From contig CAWCNJ010000010.1 in assembly GCA_963796955.1 (NCBI GenBank), positions 1 to 62,404 on the forward strand: a stretch of 62,404 nt of DNA. The letters run 5' to 3'. Made by a program: the position numbers and the translations under genes. Under the pieces are notes generated by a model. That model searched no databases and was not told where the DNA came from. It was given only the letters and a program-made list of their open reading frames with translations. This DNA is from Endomicrobiales bacterium. GTDB taxonomy: Bacteria > Elusimicrobiota > Endomicrobiia > Endomicrobiales > JALOBY01. Numbering within the stretch: position 1 is the first letter of the stretch; every line of letters begins with the position of its first letter. Shown piece after piece: positions 9,710-17,840 of the stretch.

Positions 9710-10768
9710 ATGCTTCAGATAAGTCTTTTTTCAGTGCTCCTGCTGGTCCTATCGCTGCCGGTACTCGTTCACAAAATAGAAAAGAATCTGGAATTTTTTC
9801 TTTTAATTATGGGAGCGCTGGCGGTGTCCTGCGCGCATTGGTGGGGTACGGCACCGGCCTGGTCATTGCAACTGGTGCGGCAGTCATTGGCGGAGCCCCT
9901 GATGATAACCGGCGCGGTGCTTATTTCCGGTTTCGCCCTTCATTATGTACGGGATATTCTAACCCCAAAAATAATCGCGGCTGAAAAGCAGCTCGGACCT
10001 CGGTTGTTCAGTTTCTGTCTGGTGACCGCGCTCGGGCTAATTTCAAGCGTTGTCACCGCTATCATGGCGGCGATCATCCTTGTGGAGGTCGTCAGCGCGT
10101 TACGCTTCGATAAAGAGTATGAAAAGAAACTGGTGGTGTTGGCCTGTTATGCCATAGGCCTTGGCGCCGTATTGACGCCGATAGGCGAACCTTTATCGAC
10201 GATATGTATCTCCAAGCTCGCCGTAGAACCCTACCGTGCCGGTTTCTTCTTTCTTTTCAGAACGCTGGGCTGTTATGTGGTGCCGGGGATAGCGGGATTG
10301 GGGGCGGTGAGCGCGTGCATTAAACCCCCGGGTAAAATCACTGAAAACGAATGTCTATTCGAAAAAGAAAAACCGCGTATCAAGGATATTTTCGGTTATG
10401 CCGTGAGAATATATGTCTTTATCGTCGCCCTGGTGTATCTCGGCGCGGGTTTCAAACCCATTATTGACACGTATATCATCAAACTCTCCAGCGTCGCGTT
10501 GTACTGGATCAACATGATCTCGGCCGTGCTTGATAACGCGACCCTGAGCGCCGCCGAGATAAGCCCCCTGATGAGCATCCTGCAGATAAAGTACATACTG
10601 ATGGGCCTTCTGATAAGCGGCGGCATGCTGATACCCGGCAACGTCCCCAACATCATCTCCGCCAGCCGCCTGGGTATTACCAGCAAAGAATGGGCAAAGA
10701 TCGCTATCCCCCCGGGTCTGGTGCTCATGCTCATATATTTCGCGGTATTTTCACTTCATCTAACATGA
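9710..10768 (+). CDS. DUF1646 family membrane protein (putative cation transporter)
   Basis: Polytopic; GLGAVLTPIGEPLSTI, LDNATL, GGMLIPGNVPNII. Confidence 0.8.
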   Translation: MLQISLFSVLLLVLSLPVLVHKIEKNLEFFLLIMGALAVSCAHWWGTAPAWSLQLVRQSLAEPLMITGAVLISGFALHYVRDILTPKIIAAEKQLGPRLFSFCLVTALGLISSVVTAIMAAIILVEVVSALRFDKEYEKKLVVLACYAIGLGAVLTPIGEPLSTICISKLAVEPYRAGFFFLFRTLGCYVVPGIAGLGAVSACIKPPGKITENECLFEKEKPRIKDIFGYAVRIYVFIVALVYLGAGFKPIIDTYIIKLSSVALYWINMISAVLDNATLSAAEISPLMSILQIKYILMGLLISGGMLIPGNVPNIISASRLGITSKEWAKIAIPPGLVLMLIYFAVFSLHLT

Positions 10769-10776
10769 AGCGAGAC

Positions 10777-10835
10777 ATTGACTACCCTCTTTATATACGG
10801 TAAAATGTGGTATGAGTAATTCGACACCCGGACAC
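10777..10835 (+). repeat. Direct repeat copy 1 of dnaE promoter and first codons (left island boundary)
   Basis: 57/59 nt identical to 20602-20660. Confidence 0.95.
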
Positions 10836-10903
10836 CGGAAGGCTGGGGGTCAGGTCAAAACAATTGACAAAGCTGAGAGCAGTTGCTTCCTTTGCTTTAG
10901 GTG

Positions 10904-10938
10904 TTGACATAAGTAAATATTAAATGTAAACTTTAAAT
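10904..10938 (+). promoter_or_regulatory. sigma70 promoter, probably leaderless transcript
   Basis: TTGACA-17-TAAACT, then 6 nt to ATG 10939; no SD. Confidence 0.7.
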
Positions 10939-12171
10939 ATGACTGGTATAAAAAGAGATGCACTATCAGCGGTATCTCGCCTTTTAGAGCAGTTTCCCGT
11001 AGTGGCGGTTGTAGGCGCGCGGCAGGTTGGGAAAACCACGCTGCTTAAACAGTTGATGCCAAAAGCATTGTTCTTCGATCTTGAGAAACGCGCTGATTTT
11101 GAGTTGATCAGTCGAGATCCTGATTTCTTCCTTTCTCAGCAAAACACGCCTATTGTTATAGATGAAGCTCAGTCTTTGCCAAGCCTGTTTTCTGCTTTTC
11201 GGGTCGCGGTTGATGACAGACGCGATCAGCCGGGACGATTTCTTATCAGCGGCTCAAGTTCTCCTGAACTCCTTAAACATATTCATGAAAGTTTGGCTGG
11301 GCGCATTGCAATTTACGAATTAGGCGGTTTATCTATAGATGAATCGTGGCATACTCCGATAAGCCGAATATATGCGCATATTGCACAAGGCGATATTCAG
11401 AGCTTACTGCATATTCGTCCGCATCTTTCGAATACTCAACTTATGGAGAGTTGTGTTTTCGGGGGATACCCTGAACCATTTATTAAATATCGAGGTAAGC
11501 TAGATAAATTTGCTCTGTGGATGGACAACTATTTTGCATCATATGTAAGGCGTGATATCCGCAACCTGTTTCCAGGTATTAATACGGGTGCTTTTCAGCG
11601 GTTTGTAGCAATGCTTGCGTCGTCTTCAGGAAATCAGTTGAATTCTTCTGATTATGCCCGTTCTCTAGAGGTTTCTTCACCTACTGTAAAAAAATATTTC
11701 GAGATAGCGCATGGAACTTTTGTGTGGCGTATGATACCCAGTTACGAAAAGAATGCCACTACAAGTATTGTAAAAATGCCGCGTGGCTACATGCGCGACA
11801 GCGGTCTTTTAAATCATATTGTTGGTGTTCGTTCGGTTCAGCAGCTGCAGGCTCATCATCAGTCGGGCAGGATATGGGAAGGTTTTATTATAGAGCAGCT
11901 GCTGAAGGGTTTCTCTCAGTCGCTGCTAACCGTAAAGCCTTATTATTACAGAACCAAAAATGCCGCCGAGATAGATTTGATACTTGAATGCGCTGACAGG
12001 GTTGTTCCAATTGAAATTAAAATGGGCAACGCCATCCCTTCACGCGCCTTAACCTCTATGGAAACATTTATCGAACAACACAAATGTGCCTTCGGCATAG
12101 TAATTAACAACGCCGACCTCCCGCTCATGCTTACCCCAAAAATCATCCAAATCCCAGCAGGCTGTTTGTAG
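10939..12171 (+). CDS. AAA_14 ATPase with DUF4143 C-terminal domain
   Basis: GARQVGKTT, IVIDEAQ, SGSS, ESLAGR, GGYPE, EIDLI..PIEIK. Confidence 0.88.
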   Translation: MTGIKRDALSAVSRLLEQFPVVAVVGARQVGKTTLLKQLMPKALFFDLEKRADFELISRDPDFFLSQQNTPIVIDEAQSLPSLFSAFRVAVDDRRDQPGRFLISGSSSPELLKHIHESLAGRIAIYELGGLSIDESWHTPISRIYAHIAQGDIQSLLHIRPHLSNTQLMESCVFGGYPEPFIKYRGKLDKFALWMDNYFASYVRRDIRNLFPGINTGAFQRFVAMLASSSGNQLNSSDYARSLEVSSPTVKKYFEIAHGTFVWRMIPSYEKNATTSIVKMPRGYMRDSGLLNHIVGVRSVQQLQAHHQSGRIWEGFIIEQLLKGFSQSLLTVKPYYYRTKNAAEIDLILECADRVVPIEIKMGNAIPSRALTSMETFIEQHKCAFGIVINNADLPLMLTPKIIQIPAGCL

Positions 12172-12251
12172 AGTTCGGTGCGTTCGGAAAGAACAGGTAT
12201 TTCACGATAAATACTAAAAAGAGCTATCAGGAAATGGGCTTGAGAATATTA

Positions 12252-12341
12252 ATGTTAAGTGATGTTGGGCGCAATGTGGCATGTGCTTGCGGAAGTGGTA
12301 AAAAGTACAAGAAATGTCGTGGCGATCCGGCGAGTCATTGA
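12252..12341 (+). pseudogene. SEC-C motif mini-ORF or remnant (29 aa)
   Basis: VGRNVACACGSGKKYKKCRG; last metal ligand replaced by Arg; stop lies inside repeat copy 2. Confidence 0.6.
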
Positions 12342-12380
12342 CTACCTCTTCCGTAAGCGGTAAAATGGTATGAGTAATTC
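12330..12380 (+). repeat. Diverged copy 2 of dnaE promoter/start repeat
   Basis: GCGAGTCATTGACTACC..CGGTAAAATGGTATGAGTAATTC; -35/-10 and 17-nt spacing kept. Confidence 0.85.
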
Positions 12381-12387
12381 TGTGAGA

Positions 12388-12515
12388 GTATCCATAAGTC
12401 TAGAATAATTTGATCCTGCCTCCGTCGACAAAATCTTTTGTTATCCATAAGCCTGGAATGAATAGTTATCTATAATGTTAGAATAAGCCCGTTTTGTTAT
12501 CCATAAGTTTAGAAT
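12388..12515 (+). repeat. Four imperfect direct repeats, consensus TTATCCATAAGNNTAGAAT
   Basis: Copies starting near 12388, 12441, 12466, 12497. Confidence 0.75.
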
Positions 12516-12620
12516 TACAGGGCTCAGGTGTGAATGATAACAAAATGAATTGATTTAACAACGAGTATTTATGTCTCTATCTTTTGATGATGGTGATATG
12601 ACAGCCTCCGCTATGCAGTA

Positions 12621-13625
12621 TTATGAGTTCGTTTGTGCCAGCAAGGGCAAAGAATGCATTTTACGTTCCAGTAGTTTCTGGTCGATAATCTCGTAAGTGG
12701 CCACCCGTAGCGACTGAGATGACTTTGCCATGGCAAGTTCCACCACCTCGTCTTTTTTTGATTTGCATAATATCAGGCCAACGGATGGTTTTTCATGTTC
12801 CAGCTTAAGCTTTTTATCAAGCGCGTTCAGATAGAACTGCATCTTGCCGACATATTCGGGCTCAAATTTACCGGCCTTGAGCTCCACAGCCACCAGGCAT
12901 TGTAAATCCCTGTGATAAAACAGCAAATCGACCCTGTAGTCTTCACCGCCGACATTTATTGGATATTCTTCACCGACGAAAGTTAAGTGCTTTCCAAATT
13001 CTAGGAAGAAATCTCTTAAATTTTGGATGATGGCTTTTCGTAGATCCTTTTCGGCAAATGGTTCCTTAAGCCCTAAGAAACCAAGGTTATATTCATCTCT
13101 GAAATGAGCAGACGGATCTTTCTCCGTTGTATGAGGTATAAGTGTATTTCCGTTTTCGGAAGCTGCCCACTTTTGGGCGAGGCAGTTGTTGATCTGTTTT
13201 TCAAGCTCTCTCTTGCTCCAGCGCTCATTGATACAGGTTTTTAGATAAAACTCTTTTTCTGCGATTGTTTTGGCGCTGTGAAGGATTATTGTGTTATGGG
13301 TCCAAGATAATTCTCTCACCAGTGGTGAGAGAATTGCAGAAGGGGAATATGTATCGTAAAATTGCTTGGCTCTCCACAGATTCTGCTCGGAAAATCCCTT
13401 CATTCCTGCGAACTCTCGTTGCAGGTCAGTGGACAGTTTTTCAACAACACCCTCGCCCCATTTTGCGACCTCTATTTTGTCATGCAATCTTTTCCCGATA
13501 GACCAGTACATATCAACCAGATTCTGGTTGACGGCCTGGTATGCCTTGTATTGCGAAGATTTTACGGCAGTAATTATCTCGTTGAGAAAATCTTTGTAGT
13601 GCCTGGCAGGAATTATGTTGCTCAT
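12621..13625 (-). CDS. YhcG / DUF1016 PD-(D/E)XK nuclease-domain protein
   Basis: YWSIG, GFSEQNL, LSWTH, DLLFYHRDLQCLVAVELK, GKMQFY, GLILC. Confidence 0.92.
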   Translation of the reverse strand: MSNIIPARHYKDFLNEIITAVKSSQYKAYQAVNQNLVDMYWSIGKRLHDKIEVAKWGEGVVEKLSTDLQREFAGMKGFSEQNLWRAKQFYDTYSPSAILSPLVRELSWTHNTIILHSAKTIAEKEFYLKTCINERWSKRELEKQINNCLAQKWAASENGNTLIPHTTEKDPSAHFRDEYNLGFLGLKEPFAEKDLRKAIIQNLRDFFLEFGKHLTFVGEEYPINVGGEDYRVDLLFYHRDLQCLVAVELKAGKFEPEYVGKMQFYLNALDKKLKLEHEKPSVGLILCKSKKDEVVELAMAKSSQSLRVATYEIIDQKLLERKMHSLPLLAQTNS

Positions 13626-13653
13626 AAAAGGTTTGCTCCTCTATCAGATTTGC

Positions 13654-14250
13654 TCATACAAGAGCCTGTAGGTACGGGCTCATAACTTTTTCAACCCGGT
13701 TGATTTTAGCAAACTTCATTATTTCGTCTATCTTGCAGTTCTTTTTGGTGATGCATTCCTTGAGAGCCGCAATTGCGACATCCATCCCAATCTTGTTACG
13801 GAATTTGAAGCAATCAGTAACCGTCTTTTCAAGGGAATATACCCTGACCTCTACCCCGTCAACTTTATGCGCCTCTATGCCGGCGCTGAAGGCCGGCTCC
13901 GAGATCCAGTAATATTTCGTGGGCGGGTAATCCACTTTGGGTTTCTGAGAGCCGGCTTTCAGCGCTATATTTACAGCGCGTGAAATTTCTGTTGTAACCT
14001 CGTAGAAGGCCAGCGCGGAGATCAGGCATAGAACGCCCTGCGGCACTTTCATGGCGATAGTAACAATGTCCGGCTGCGAAAGGACTGCTGAACCTTTAAG
14101 CCGATAAAGCCCCCTGGCAATGCTTTCCAGGACACCTTTGGATTTCATCCGGGAAATTACCTGGGGATGAATACCAGCCTTATGAGCCTGTGAGGCTCTT
14201 AGTATACCCGAATGTTCGTAAAAAATTTTGCTTTCTCTGACAAAGCTCAT
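13654..14250 (-). CDS. Type IV TA AbiEi-family antitoxin / transcriptional regulator
   Basis: IARGLYRL, LCLISALAFY, VYSLEKTVTDCFKFRNKIG. Confidence 0.85.
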   Translation of the reverse strand: MSFVRESKIFYEHSGILRASQAHKAGIHPQVISRMKSKGVLESIARGLYRLKGSAVLSQPDIVTIAMKVPQGVLCLISALAFYEVTTEISRAVNIALKAGSQKPKVDYPPTKYYWISEPAFSAGIEAHKVDGVEVRVYSLEKTVTDCFKFRNKIGMDVAIAALKECITKKNCKIDEIMKFAKINRVEKVMSPYLQALV

Positions 14251-14287
14251 GGTGATATAGCACCTTTATATAGTTGTATCTATATGT

Positions 14288-14316
14288 ATAATATCACACA
14301 ACATGTGTTATGTCAA
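14288..14316 (-). promoter_or_regulatory. sigma70 promoter of abiEi-yhcG
   Basis: Minus strand TTGACA-17-TATTAT. Confidence 0.7.
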
Positions 14317-14448
14317 GAACTTTTCTGCTGTTCTATTCCGAACTCTTATTAAAAAATCCGTTATGAATATTCTGAACTTTCTCTAGCTTTGTATATGCTA
14401 CTACATTTTCCTGTAACTTAAAGTCAGTTTTTACCTATAGTTTTTACC

Positions 14449-14477
14449 TTGAGAAACACGTAATAAAAAGATACAAT
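14449..14477 (+). promoter_or_regulatory. sigma70 promoter for the long leader of the cheB-cheR gene
   Basis: TTGAGA-17-TACAAT. Confidence 0.6.
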
Positions 14478-14655
14478 CTCAATATAGGAATATGCTGGAC
14501 ACGGATGTTTGACCATTATCAGGCTCAAGAGCTTCTGCCGCTCCCAGTAGTTGAAGTGTTTCCTGATTTGAGGTCAAGCTCGCTGAAAATGTGCCGTATA
14601 AAATGCAGGAACATAAATTGGGTAGGTCGTTTTAACAATTGTGTTGGAGGTAGAT

Positions 14656-14751
<96 letters not shown>

Positions 14752-14776
14752 TTGTATTATTAGGTAGCAAAAATAT

Positions 14777-14812
14777 AACTCAAGATATCAATGCTGATAT
14801 CTGGGTTTTTTT
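14777..14812 (+). terminator. Intrinsic terminator / attenuator upstream of cheB-cheR
   Basis: AACTCA-AGATATCA-atgc-TGATATCT-GGGTT followed by T-run. Confidence 0.75.
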
Positions 14813-14845
14813 ATTTTATGGCACTGCATTGAACCCGAGGATGAC

Positions 14846-17821
14846 ATGAAGAAACAAATCAAAGCATCACGCGAAAACGGTGTAAAAGCCGTAGCACCTT
14901 CAAAAACTAAATCTGTTCCGGTAAAAGGGTCTAAGATGTTTCAAGGAAATAGTTTTCCCATTGTGGGCATCGGCGCATCGGCGGGTGGGCTGGAAGCCCT
15001 TGAGCTGTTCTTCAGGAACATGCCGAAAGACAATGGCATGGCATTTGTGGTTATTCAGCACCTTGATCCGAAATATACCGGTATTATGCCCGAGCTCTTA
15101 CAAAGAATTACGCCCATGACTGTGGTTCAGGTAAAAGACCATCTAGAAGTTAAGCCAAACAGCGTTTATGTGATACCACCTAACAAGAGCATGTCTCTGC
15201 TCAACGGCACGTTGCATCTGTTTGAACAGGTGGAAACGAGCGGGCTTCGTTTACCTATTGATATATTCTTCCGTTCCCTGTCCGTTGACAGGGAGGAGAG
15301 AAGTATAGGCATTATCCTTTCCGGCATGGGTTCTGACGGCAGTCTTGGAATCAAGGCAATTAAAGAAAAAAATGGCATTGTGCTGGTGCAGGAGCCTTCA
15401 TCGGCAAAATTTGACGGTATGCCCAGGAGCGCTGTTGGGGCAGTGGTTCCCGATATCGTTGCGCCAGCTCAGGAATTGCCGGCTAAACTCATAGCTTTTC
15501 TTAATTATTATCCATATCCAAAAGCTAAAACACCGGTTGATATGGATGCGAAACAGTTGAACAGCCTCGGTAAAATTATTATTTTACTCCGCGAACAATC
15601 TGGCAACGACTTTTCGCTATACAAGAAAAATACTCTGATCCGCCGTATCGAAAGGCGGATGGGCATTCACCAGCTTTCAAAGATGCACAATTATGTCAGA
15701 TTTCTGCAGGAAAATCCCAAGGAGGTAGAGATACTTTTCAAAGAACTGCTGATAGGTGTTACCAGTTTTTTTCGCGATGTTCCGGTATGGGAAAAATTAA
15801 AAGAAGAAATATTCCCCAAGCTCATAGACAAAGCACCGGACGGCTACATACTGCGCGCCTGGGTGGCCGGATGCTCAACAGGAGAAGAGGCCTATTCCCT
15901 GGCAATCGTTTTTAGAGAAGCACTGGATAAAGTTAAGAATTACAAAAGGATAGCGCTACAGATATTTGCCTCTGATATCGATGTGATTTCCATTGAAACA
16001 GCCCGAAAAGGATATTTTTATTCGAATATCTCCGTGGATGTTCCCCCTGAGCTATTGAAGAAGTATTTTATCCCTGACGGCGAAGGATATCGCGTAAATA
16101 CGTCCATACGCGAAATGGTGGTCTATGCTCCCCAGAATGTTATCAAAGACCCGCCCTTTACAAAGCTTGACTTTCTCTCCTGCCGCAATTTATTGATATA
16201 CATGGAGCCTGAATTACAGAAAAAGCTATTCAGCCTGTTTCATTACAGCCTGAATGCAGATGGGGTAATGCTCCTTGGGAGCGCGGAATCGATTGGGAAT
16301 GGCAACAAAGGTTTTAAGGAACTAGACCACAAATTAAAAATATATCAGCGCTCGGGCTCAAACACTGGAAATGAGCTTGCTGATTTTCCCAGCCCCTTTC
16401 ACGAAAAAATAGCAAAAACCACCGAAATAGCTCCACCGCCTAAAGCCGATGAAAATATTCACTCCCTTGCAGAACAGATATTGCTCGCGCGTTTCGCGCC
16501 CGCAAGCGTCCTGGTAAACAACGAAGGGGATATTATCTATGTTTCTGGCCGTACCGGTAAATATCTTGAATTGAGCGCAGGCAGGGCAAACTGGAATATT
16601 CATGTCATGGCGCGAAAGAATATTGATAGCGTACTGCCTGGAGCCTTCCGCAAAGCAATGCAGAATTATGATCCGGTGAAACTGTCCCACATTAAAGTCG
16701 GGATAAACGGAAGCACACAGTTTGTGAATGTTACTGTACAACGCATAGAAAGCCCCGCTAAGCTAAAGGGCATGTTCCTGGTAGTATTCACGGACGCGCC
16801 TGCCGCGGACGTGGGAAGCGTTAAAAAAATAAATACAGGAAAAAGACGGGGTATAACCGGTAGGGAAAAAGAAGCTGAGGCAGAGCTGCAGCGTTGTGAT
16901 GAAAATCTGCAAAGCCTGCGCGAAGAGATGCAAACATCCGAGGAAGAGCTGAAATCCACAAATGAAGAACTACAGTCAAGCAATGAGGAACTGCAGTCAA
17001 CCAACGAAGAACTTACTACCTCCAAGGAAGAAATGCAGAGCATGAATGAAGAGCTGCAAACGGTTAACGCTGAACTGCAGAGCAAGGTAAGCGAATTTAT
17101 AGCTGCCAGTGACGACATGAAAAACCTGCTCAATAGCACCGAGATAGCCACCCTTTTTCTTGATAAGGAGCTGAACATCCGCAGGTATACCGAATCCGCA
17201 GTCAACGTAATTAAATTGCGCAAGACGGATATCGGCCGGCCTTTTACTGATCTGGTTAGTGATTTAGATTACCCCAACATAGAGGACGATGCCAGGCAAG
17301 TGCTAAACAGCCTGGTAAAAAAAGAAGCGGTAATCACAACAAAAGACAAAAGGTTCTTTAATGTGCGCATCGTGCCTTTTCGCACAATCGATGACCGTAT
17401 AGATGGGATAGTTATGACTTTCGTCGATGTAACAAAAGCCACTCTTGCTGAAGAAGCAGTGAAGGTTTCGGAAATAAGGTACCGCAGCCTCTTTGAATTT
17501 GCGGAAGACGGGATACTTATTCTTGACGCCGAAACCGGAATGATCAAGGATGTAAACCCGTTTTTGATCAAACTGCTGGGTTACTCTAAAGAACAATTCC
17601 TTGAAAAAGCGATTTGGGAAATCGGGTTCCTTAAAGACCTGGTAGCTAATAAGGATAAATTCATGGAATTGCAGCGGAAGGAATATATGCGCTATGAAAA
17701 TTTGCCGCTTGAAACCTCTACAGGTAAAAAGATCAATGTTGAGTTTATCAGCAATGTGTATTTAGCAGCGGGTTTGAAAGAGATCCGCTGTCTTATCCGC
17801 GAAAGCCTTACGCAGACATAA
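14846..17821 (+). CDS. CheB methylesterase-CheR methyltransferase fusion with coiled coil and PAS domains
   Basis: GIGASAGG, QHL, SGMGSDG; VTSFFRD, AGCSTGEEAYS, SCRNLLIY; NEELQS heptads; PAS. Confidence 0.93.
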   Translation: MKKQIKASRENGVKAVAPSKTKSVPVKGSKMFQGNSFPIVGIGASAGGLEALELFFRNMPKDNGMAFVVIQHLDPKYTGIMPELLQRITPMTVVQVKDHLEVKPNSVYVIPPNKSMSLLNGTLHLFEQVETSGLRLPIDIFFRSLSVDREERSIGIILSGMGSDGSLGIKAIKEKNGIVLVQEPSSAKFDGMPRSAVGAVVPDIVAPAQELPAKLIAFLNYYPYPKAKTPVDMDAKQLNSLGKIIILLREQSGNDFSLYKKNTLIRRIERRMGIHQLSKMHNYVRFLQENPKEVEILFKELLIGVTSFFRDVPVWEKLKEEIFPKLIDKAPDGYILRAWVAGCSTGEEAYSLAIVFREALDKVKNYKRIALQIFASDIDVISIETARKGYFYSNISVDVPPELLKKYFIPDGEGYRVNTSIREMVVYAPQNVIKDPPFTKLDFLSCRNLLIYMEPELQKKLFSLFHYSLNADGVMLLGSAESIGNGNKGFKELDHKLKIYQRSGSNTGNELADFPSPFHEKIAKTTEIAPPPKADENIHSLAEQILLARFAPASVLVNNEGDIIYVSGRTGKYLELSAGRANWNIHVMARKNIDSVLPGAFRKAMQNYDPVKLSHIKVGINGSTQFVNVTVQRIESPAKLKGMFLVVFTDAPAADVGSVKKINTGKRRGITGREKEAEAELQRCDENLQSLREEMQTSEEELKSTNEELQSSNEELQSTNEELTTSKEEMQSMNEELQTVNAELQSKVSEFIAASDDMKNLLNSTEIATLFLDKELNIRRYTESAVNVIKLRKTDIGRPFTDLVSDLDYPNIEDDARQVLNSLVKKEAVITTKDKRFFNVRIVPFRTIDDRIDGIVMTFVDVTKATLAEEAVKVSEIRYRSLFEFAEDGILILDAETGMIKDVNPFLIKLLGYSKEQFLEKAIWEIGFLKDLVANKDKFMELQRKEYMRYENLPLETSTGKKINVEFISNVYLAAGLKEIRCLIRESLTQT

Positions 17822-17840
17822 TACACGGCGGGGGCAAGTT

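Noticed and set aside
12388..12515. Mini CRISPR array
   Set aside because: Repeats are short and degenerate, with gaps from about 6 to 34 nt
14819..14834. Canonical sigma54 promoter (TGGCAC) before cheB-cheR
   Set aside because: The -12 position reads TGAA rather than TTGC at the required spacing
16900..17090. Tandem DNA repeat (also near 29700-29830)
   Set aside because: Ordinary NEELQS coiled-coil heptads typical of CheB-CheR fusions
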